From: Eledone cirrhosa
Lineage: Eukaryota
DNA length: 64,000 nt
Assembly (NCBI GenBank): GCA_964016885.1
Contig: OZ024741.1
Span: forward strand, 195,114,001-195,178,000
Reading direction: 5' to 3'
Shown: positions 54,778 through 64,000 of the stretch, piece after piece
How the letters are laid out: the number at the start of each line of letters is the position of its first letter
How positions within the stretch are numbered: position 1 is the stretch's first letter
Made by a program: the position numbers and the translations under genes
Notes under the pieces: model-generated
The model's database searches: none
Seen by the model: only the letters and a program-made list of their open reading frames with translations
What the model was told of the DNA's origin: nothing

Positions 54778-54993
54778 TGATGTTGTCTGTGTGTCCTCAT
54801 TTCTACTGCGATTGACTTCAAACTTGCATTTATATATTCCTTGCGGTCTATAGATACTAACTGCAGCTTTTATTTTTCAATTTTCTGTTGTTAAAGGGGT
54901 GTTATCGATCTCCGTCAAGCCCTTATAATATCTGTCTGTATGTCTGGCTGTCTGCATAACGACATTCTGACGAACACATCATTGATACACACT

Positions 54994-55025
<32 letters not shown>

Positions 55026-55074
55026 CATATACATCTAAAGAGAGAAAGGGAGATGTAGAGAGAGTGCGATATGT

Positions 55075-55945
55075 TTCTTTATTAGCCACAGGGGCACAAA
55101 AGAAGGGGACAAATACAAAGGGGGAAGTTTACATACAATAAAAACGTGTAAAATATTATCACAAATGCAATTTAAAAATTAGTCGATTTTCCCCAATAGG
55201 GGGAGACAGTTCATATGAGTAACACATACCCCCGAAAAAATGTGCAACCCTCATCTCCAGGAGTACGAAGAGTTTGTACTCCTTTCCTCTCCTCCTCCTC
55301 TTCCTCAACTTACAGGCTGATATAGAGAGAAGGCCCATTCACTCGGGCCATTCTCGCCACTTTCACACACCTTTCATAAAACTTGCTGGGGTACAGCACC
55401 TCTCTCTCCATCCTGATTCTTCTTCCAAAGTCGTATTTGAAAAAAAGAATCAGTTGTTGGCCGGAGAGAAAGGTGTCTGATCTCAGCCCTTTCAACCTTG
55501 TCCCCCATACAACCTCTTTCGCCATAGCTATCACACAAAGGAAAACCGCCTCTCCTTCGTTTTTGAAGGAGGGTGGCGGTTTGATCATGACAATGGACTC
55601 GGTGGTCAACCGGATTGGTCCCACCCGCGACAATAGTCGTTCTACATAGCCACACAGGTCGGTGACGCCCGGGCAGTGTATGAATGCGTGCGCGACGGTT
55701 TCTTCGTCTCGCACAGATCTTTTTTTGCAGGGTCCCTGCCCGGGCGCCCATGTCTGTAGAGCTTGTCTCGAACTGGTAGAGCTCCTCGGTAGCACTGCCA
55801 GGCCAGGGACTTTTGGAAGTTGTCCATCGGTCCCGGGCGGAAGGTCCTACCGAACAGACTGGCCAGTTCATCTTCCTCTACGCCCAGAGTTTCACCAAGC
55901 GCGTCGTCGCACTTACTGCGGACCAACCCTCTATAGAATGACGAA
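55075..55945 (-). mobile_element. Tx1/L1-clade LINE 3' fragment (zf-RVT region)
   Basis: LAWQCYRGALPVRDKLYRHG..C....ETVAHAFIHCP; 3' UTR ending gctAATAAAgaaa next to GA/CA repeats. Confidence 0.82.
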
Positions 55946-56027
55946 GAGAGAGTGAGATAGGCCGTTATACAGAGAGAGGTACAAGATATTCAGATAGAGA
56001 GAGAGAGAGAATGTCGACGAACGCTGG

Positions 56028-56108
<81 letters not shown>

Positions 56109-56462
56109 ACATATATATATAAAGTATATAAAGACAGAGAGAGAGGGGGGAGAGATCTGCGCGTTCTTTATTGTTCTCCATTCTGTAGAGGAAGAGAGAG
56201 AGAGGGGGGTATGAGTGAGAGAGAGAGAGACAGAGCGAGAGAAAGAGAGAGAGGGTATGAGAAAAAAAGGGAGAGAGGAGTTGAGAAAGAAAGAAAGAGA
56301 GTGAGGAACTTTAACTTTTATTTATTTATCTATTCTTTACACACTGTTCAACTCCCCCCTTTCCTCAACCTTACGTCTCTTTCTCTCTTTCACACAAGAC
56401 GTACTGTGACTCTGTGTGTTATATATATTTATGTCCGCGCACACACACACACACAAAAGACA

Positions 56463-56537
<75 letters not shown>

Positions 56538-57093
56538 GAGAGGTATAGAGATTGTTTTAGCAAGAAGCTAACGGCATTCTATAACATATATGCGACTATA
56601 ACGTCAAGATAGGAAAAGTAGTTAACGAAAGATTTAGGAAAAATAACTCAAACTCATCTCAAAAGAGAATCAGGATATAAATTCATCCACAGAATTTAGT
56701 AAAATCCAGGGAAAAATCTATAGACCTTTAACTCATGATAAAATAAAGTTTGAAACACTTATCTTTCAATTTGGAATAACATCAAATGCTCTGTATAGTC
56801 TTAAAAGACTATTTCATGAAAACTTTCAGTGGAGATGGTCACGGTTGGATTTCATTCATCAGCAGAGCTCAACAGAAAACCAGGGCTCTCACAGTAATAT
56901 AATCCGAAAAAGGGAATTCTAAAACTGGCTAGTTCGCCTTCATGTGTATTTATGAAAAAGCACATGAGGAAAAAACGGGGCTAGTGACGTCAGGATGGAA
57001 GTGAATGTTTATTTACAAGAAATAGCAGTCAAATACATTCTGAAAAAATGTATTTGACTGCTATTTGTATTTGACTGCTATATATATATATAT

Positions 57094-58210
57094 AATTAAG
57101 TTAAAAAAGTACATCTACATATGCATACTGAAATACTAGTGTGTATATGAATACACACACGTATACATATGTATATGTAACAAGTCTTTCACTGGTTGCT
57201 TTACTGTGAGCACCCAGCTATTCTGTATGTAAACACACAGACAAACCGGTTTTTAGAGTCATACTGGTTTTTGAGGGAACACCTTCCCTCTATTCTCCAG
57301 AAAGCCAGACAAGGAATATTGAACTAGTTTCGTTGTTGTTACAACTCATCAGCAATATTTACCTATCTACCGGCCCTTCTGGAGAATTGTAAAAGCACAT
57401 ATCGTTATATGCTTTTTCTATGAAAATTAGTAGTGGGCAGACTAATTTGCATAGAGTGTGAGTACGCACCGGTTCAGCGGAGACGATAAAAACAAATAAC
57501 GAAACGAAATTAAATTTCGTTTCGTTTGTAACTCACTTTTGTATGACTGACGCTTAAACAATTAAGTTAAAAAAGTACATCTACATATGCATACTGAAAT
57601 ACTAGTGTGTATATGAATACACACACGTATACATATGTATATGTAACAAGTCTTTCACTGGTTGCTTTACTGTGAGCACCCAGCTATTCTGTATGTAAAC
57701 ACACAGACAAACCGGTTTTTAGAGTCATACTGGTTATTTGTTTTTATCGTCTCCGCTGAACCGGTGCGTACTCACACTCTATGCAAATTAGTCTGCCCAC
57801 TACTAATTTTCATAGAAAAAGCATAACGATATGTGCTTTTACAATTCTCCAGAAGGGCCGGTAGATAGGTAAATATTGCTGATGAGTTGTAACAACAACG
57901 AAACTAGTTCAATATTCCTTGTCTGGCTTTCTGGAGAATAGAGGGAAGGTGTTCCCTCAAAAACCAGTATGACTCTAAAAACCGGTTTGTCTGTGTGTTT
58001 ACATACAGAATAGCTGGGTGCTCACAGTAAAGCAACCAGTGAAAGACTTGTTACATATACATATGTATACGTGTGTGTATTCATATACACACTAGTATTT
58101 CAGTATGCATATGTAGATGTACTTTTTTAACTTAATTGTTTAAGCGTCAGTCATACAAAAGTGAGTTACAAACGAAACGAAATTTAATTTCGTTTCGTTA
58201 TTTGTTTTTA
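57094..58210. mobile_element. Retrozyme-like 466-nt unit: 1.4 tandem copies (-) fused to one inverted, circularly permuted copy (+)
   Basis: Repeat starts at 57094 and 57560; inversion at ~57733. aatattg-CTGATGA-gttgt aaca acaac-GAAA-ctag-TT^caatatt at 57872-57916 (+) and 57315-57359 (-). Confidence 0.92.
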
Positions 58211-59177
58211 GTTTTTATATATATATATATTATGGAATACTGTTGGCTTTTTGCTACAATATTTTCTATACCTTTCTATATATATATTTGTTATATGAAC
58301 AGATTAAAGTTTAAGCAAAGAATCGCTGCTTTCAACATTAACGGGATCTTCTGAAACTAAATAATTCAATCTGTGAACGCAGAAATAAATATTTCGAGAA
58401 ACATTGCAACCGAAGGAAAACAGGAAGACGAGATTTTGGTTTGTGAAGACTTTCCCTGGCAATGAACGGAAAACAAGCGAGGATAATACGTCGTTATGTG
58501 GACCGAGAAGAACAATTTCATGCAAAGACAAGACCAAGTTTATGGTATAAATGGAGTCTTTAGACTAATGTTCTATTTAAAATAACCAAATGATTTCCAG
58601 CCCGGGAGTTTAAGAATGATGTAAATAAAATTGTAAACGAAAATGAGAGAGGTTATTAAAATAGTAAAAGTAAATAGTGAAGATGTAGGTCAGTACATAG
58701 GTATGCCCCGACGGACATACACATACATATACATACGCACACACTAATACATACACAAACACGCACGCGCGCGCGCATGCGTGTGCGTGTGTAAACCTTA
58801 TGCATTTCTATAGCATTTTCACCAAACTTAAGACATAGGTTACTTATGTACTCCGGATGGTCATGGACACTTTCATTTTTCCAGATATTGATTATATGGC
58901 CTCCCGGCAGATAACCCTCTTTAACCGCTTTCTTGGAAGCAGTGCAATGCAATAAAACGTCATAACTTCTGGAGTTCGCAACCGATTTTCACAAAACTTG
59001 ACACATGGGCTACGTTTGTTCTACAGATGAATGTTAAATCTCAGAATTGGCACATATTGAGTACGGGAGCCCTGGAGGAAGGAACCCCCTTTTTGGAAAA
59101 AGCCAATGATTTTGTAAAAGTATAGTTTTCGAAGCAGCACAGAAGTATTGACATAAATGGTATACATAACTGCTATT

Positions 59178-59208
59178 TAATACCCGAGCAACGCCGGGTA
59201 CCTCTGCT

Positions 59209-59211
<3 letters not shown>
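59178..59211 (+). mobile_element. Helitron-type 3' terminus
   Basis: Hairpin acccgagcaacgccgggt followed by CTAG-T. Confidence 0.65.
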
Positions 59212-59290
<79 letters not shown>

Positions 59291-59928
59291 AACAACGTTT
59301 AGCAAATAAGGAAAAAGTTTCAAAATAAATAAAAAAAAATTAACATTACCTACTATAGTTACCTTTACCGAATCGGTTTCGAATCTCAAAAATAAACGGA
59401 GTCCATACGGCCTTCGTTGCAAAGAAAGATTCTCGTCAGAAGGTTCTTTACATTCGAAGAATATAAAATTCTCGAACTTAAATTACAAACTGGCGCTATT
59501 CAAAATTGTTCCCGAAATGAGAATAAATGGAGTGGAATCAATTTTTTCAAGGGCCGAGTGCAAAGATAGAAGCAGAGGCAGGCAGGTCAGTCTGCTACCG
59601 CTATAACTAGCAGCAGTCAGAACGACCAAATTATTTTCTTAACATAGAGGAGAATAGTAATAATAGAATATGTGTTCCTACACGCACAATGCGCTAAGGG
59701 ACACGTATTGTCCAACCAAATGCCAGTGTGGTTCAATGGCAGGTTAATAAATTAACGAGCCAGAACATATATAAACAAGGTTTAGCAAATAAGGAAAAAG
59801 TTTCAAAATAAATTTTAAAAAATTAACATTACCTACTAAAATTTATTTTGAAACTTTTTCCTTATTTGCTAAACCTTGTTTATATATGTTCTGGCTCGTT
59901 AATTTATTAACCTGCCATTGAACCACAT
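59291..59928 (-). mobile_element. Retrozyme-like 483-nt unit with ~64-nt terminal redundancy and 5' inversion
   Basis: Repeat starts at 59291 and 59774; 59839-59928 is the reverse complement of 59727-59816. HHR (-) 59361-59444: acctt-CTGACGA-gaatct..agattc-GAAA-ccg att cgg-TA^aaggt. Confidence 0.88.
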
Positions 59929-59933
59929 TCTAT

Positions 59934-59988
<55 letters not shown>

Positions 59989-61112
59989 TATACATGTATA
60001 TATACCTATACACACATACAAACACACACACACATATGTGTATATATAAAATAAATATACGCACATATACATATATTTATGCATACATATATATATATAC
60101 ATATATACACATACATACACTCATATATATATATACACACATACATACATATACACACACATCCACATACATACACATACATATATATATATATATATAC
60201 ATATATATACACACACATACATATATATACACACACATGTATACATAAATATACACACACACAGACCTATACATACACACACATATATAAATATACACTC
60301 ACACATACACGTGCGTGTGTGTGAACATAAACATATAGACAGACAAACTATAAATACACACACGCTCGCAGGTGGGAGTATAAAAAAGGGGGTTCCAATA
60401 AATGAAAAATTGAAAAAATGATATTATACTCCAGAAGATCTGTCGAGTGCTTCGAATCAGTTAAAATTATATATTTTTGTTAAATAACCGACAAAAGAAA
60501 TATCCCTATGCTTATAAATACGCGTACCCATACACATACATATATATACACACACATATATATATACACATATATAAATATATCTATCTATATACACACA
60601 CACATATATATAAATATACACATACACACACACACATATACATACATACATATAAATAATAAAAAACACGTATATATGTATGTACACATAAGCCTGTCTG
60701 CATATGCGCCCACATACAACCTTATGTGAGTACACTTAAAAACCTAGTGGGTAAGTAAGGACAAGGGGGAGTAAAACTGAGATCAAATAATAAAAACAAT
60801 TATTAAGAAGAGGTAAGGGAGAAAAGGGGTGTAAAAGTTGTAGTAGAGAGTGAGTGTTTGTAATGAGTTCTGGATAAGGGTATATAGATAAAAAGTGATC
60901 TGGGTAAAGGATGAAGGTGGTGGGAGTGTATGTGTTAAAGGTATGGTAGAAAGTATGGGGGGGGGGGGGGATTATAAGTCAAATGAAAAAAAAAATATAT
61001 ATATATATATAGAAAGAGATGAGGAAGAAGAAGTATATATTGGTAGAAAGTATGTATTCATAAGGTGATAATATTGGTAGTGAATGGAAGTCGTGATAAG
61101 TAAACAAGAAGC

Positions 61113-62035
61113 TCAAGGTGATTGAGTAATCGTTGGTGTGTTAATCCAGTTAAAAAGTAGATGCGATTTCAGGTGCGGACAACATCTAAAGATCTTGGTC
61201 TTAGAGTTGAGACAAGTGGGAGGGGTTTTCAAGTTTTGGACAATTCTAAATTTTTCCGTAGTACACAAAGAACATTTCTTTGTGCCCCTTTGGTATTCTC
61301 TTGAATGGTCTAAAATAGACCAATCAATAGTGTACGGAATGTTTTTGTCTTTAAACTCCCACACTTTATTTGCCAGCGCCGTTGCTGTTCTTTTTTCAGG
61401 GTGTTTGAAAGAAGCGACATGTGCATAGTACCTAGTTTTAAATCTGTCCTGAGTCATGCCAACATGTTCACTCCTGGCTGGCTGGTTATTAATCATCGGT
61501 GTCAATTTGGCCTCATACACAATAGATTTGGTATAAAATTTACCCTGTAATGGGCATTCTTCCGGTTTTCTGCAACTGCATCCTGGATTTACTCTAGTAC
61601 CATTAGAGTTGGTAATTTTAGTTTTCATTGATGGGCAGCAAGAGTAGCTGATTTTAACTACATTTCTATTGAATATCTTATTATATCTATGATTAGGGGG
61701 AAAATGTTTGTCTAGGAGGTCGAGGAATTTTCTTCCTACGTTAGTTTTAACAGTTAGAGAGAGGGGGGTGTAAACCAAATAATTTTTCTTTTCCTGTTAT
61801 TGTGTTTAGTGTTAGAAAGAGGAATAGGTAAATATTTAATATGTTCGGTGAAGCCGCTGTTATTGACGGCCTTATTATAATAAGGGGCGGCTTTGTTAAA
61901 AATGTCTATAGACGAAGATAAGGTAGAAATCCTACGGCTAATGTTAGGAATAAGATTTTTAAAGACTATAGGGGGATGGCAAGTCTCTTTGTGTATATAT
62001 CTTAAATTTTCATTAGGTTTATGATAAGGTTTTTG
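61113..62035 (-). pseudogene. 5'-truncated PLE ORF (thumb + Cys linker + GIY-YIG), same lineage as 40029-42182
   Basis: PYHKPN..HPP..IIWFTPP, KTNVGRKFLDLLDKHFP, KIFNRNVVKISYSC, CSC..CPL, IVYEA, VGMT..FKTRY, CSLCTTEK. Confidence 0.88.
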
Positions 62036-62039
62036 TTTT

Positions 62040-62761
<722 letters not shown>

Positions 62762-62936
62762 ATATATTTAATATAATATGAAACGAAAAATCAGTGATGC
62801 ATCTGAACTCAATTTATTGTGTGTTACAATTGTTTCGCTCTGTAAGAGCATAAAGTCCTCAACCGGCATACCGCCTATGGAAGCATCTTAGCTACCATCA
62901 GACACATATATATATATACATATATAAGTAGAAATA

Positions 62937-62968
<32 letters not shown>

Positions 62969-62971
<3 letters not shown>

Positions 62972-63540
62972 TAAAGTGGTCCTTCATTAGTGATCTTCCA
63001 ACCATCACAGGTATTACTTCGCTTTAAAGACCATATACCTCCGGTTGGTGCGAGCAACGGCTAAAAAAAGTCGTTGGGACATGTAAATAAAGGGGACAGC
63101 GAGAGTGTAAACAAACAAAGATGGTGAAGCAACGAAAGGTGAAGAAGAACGAGTCAAGTCCCAAATTTCCATGAATATAAGTTCAGTGAAATCGTGAACG
63201 AGAGAGAATAAAGACCATCAAACCTGGTTGGAATGTGAGCAAGGAAGGAATTCCGTACAGGTCTAACGGGAGGAAGAAGGGATCTAGTCTGTGAATTCGG
63301 TGAACGTAAGTTCTGTGAAATCGTAGACGAGAGAGAGAAAAAAGGCGAACCAGCCTGACCAAGCGTGCGAAAGAAAAGAATTACGCACAGGTCAAACGGG
63401 AAGAACGAGGAGGAGAAGAGGTAGTAACTGAGAGTGAGTGAGTGAAGGGTGAGGAAGTGGATAACAGAGAGAGTGACTGTTAGAGAAGGTAAAGTTACAG
63501 AGAAAGAGGAAGCAGTAAGAACGAAATAGACGGGTCACAG
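62969..63540 (-). mobile_element. Third member of the scrambled-hammerhead repeat family
   Basis: Minus strand: tcgcaccaaccggaggtatatggtctttaaagcgaagtaatacctgtgatggttggaagatcactaatga; upstream pyrimidine tract with ctcactcactctc. Confidence 0.75.
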
Positions 63541-63635
63541 CTGATGAAAACGCAGATGTCATCACATGATGATATTTGTTTTTGAAATGCGCATAATAAA
63601 ATACTTGGAACTCTTTTAACCATCTTTTGATCTTA

Positions 63636-63640
<5 letters not shown>
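63541..63640 (+). ncRNA. 5'-truncated copy of the 52646 hammerhead repeat
   Basis: Begins exactly at CTGATGA, then aaacgcagatgtcat..GAAA-tgcgca-TA^ataaaatacttggaactc. Confidence 0.8.
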
Positions 63641-63685
<45 letters not shown>

Positions 63686-63699
63686 ATATATATATATAT

Positions 63700-64000
63700 A
63701 AGTTGGTGCTACTGGTAACATGTATCCCAGTACAACCTGTCTCATGGTCGGGTCGTTGGCGACTAAACTGGCAAACCCACCAAGGTTTCTTGGTGAGGAG
63801 GCTGACTTTGGACATCCTGCAGGACTAAAAACAAAACCTGTCAAAGGGCAAAGGAGCTCTTAAGAGTCAATGGCCATCCAAAATCACCGGGAGAGATGAC
63901 CCCTTAGCCTTTGTCAAGGCAGAATTCTAGGAGAAGGAAAACTCTGATATAACACCTGCAACCCTGATGGTATCCAATGATGTTGACTTGTTCTTCTTTT
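63700..64000 (+). mobile_element. Probable 5' UTR of an RTE-clade LINE, running off the window end
   Basis: ctaggagaaggaaaactctga motif, recalled from RTE 5' UTRs; structured GC-richer start directly after a TA array. Confidence 0.45.

Overview
Gene-free, repeat-saturated animal genomic DNA, probably cephalopod (octopus-like tRNA-SINEs; inference). Bases 1-12078 are a 23-bp satellite. The remaining ~52 kb is a nest of (TA)n/(CA)n microsatellites holding decayed Penelope-like retroelements (PLEs; RT + GIY-YIG, at least three lineages), RTE and Tx1/L1 LINE fragments, SINEs and Helitron-like ends. The main signal is RNA. By eye I find about 40 hammerhead-ribozyme (HHR) motifs, roughly 25 with a complete or near-complete core. 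Many sit in non-coding 330-530 nt units that are tandem, terminally redundant or circularly permuted and often fold back, i.e. retrozyme-like passengers of PLEs. They include compensatory U3-A8 core variants and large stem II insertions. A four-copy family carries the hammerhead strands in a scrambled, double-pseudoknotted order supported by covariation. No host gene is recognisable, and most ORF-track entries are satellite or microsatellite artefacts. All folds were assigned manually and need computational and biochemical confirmation.
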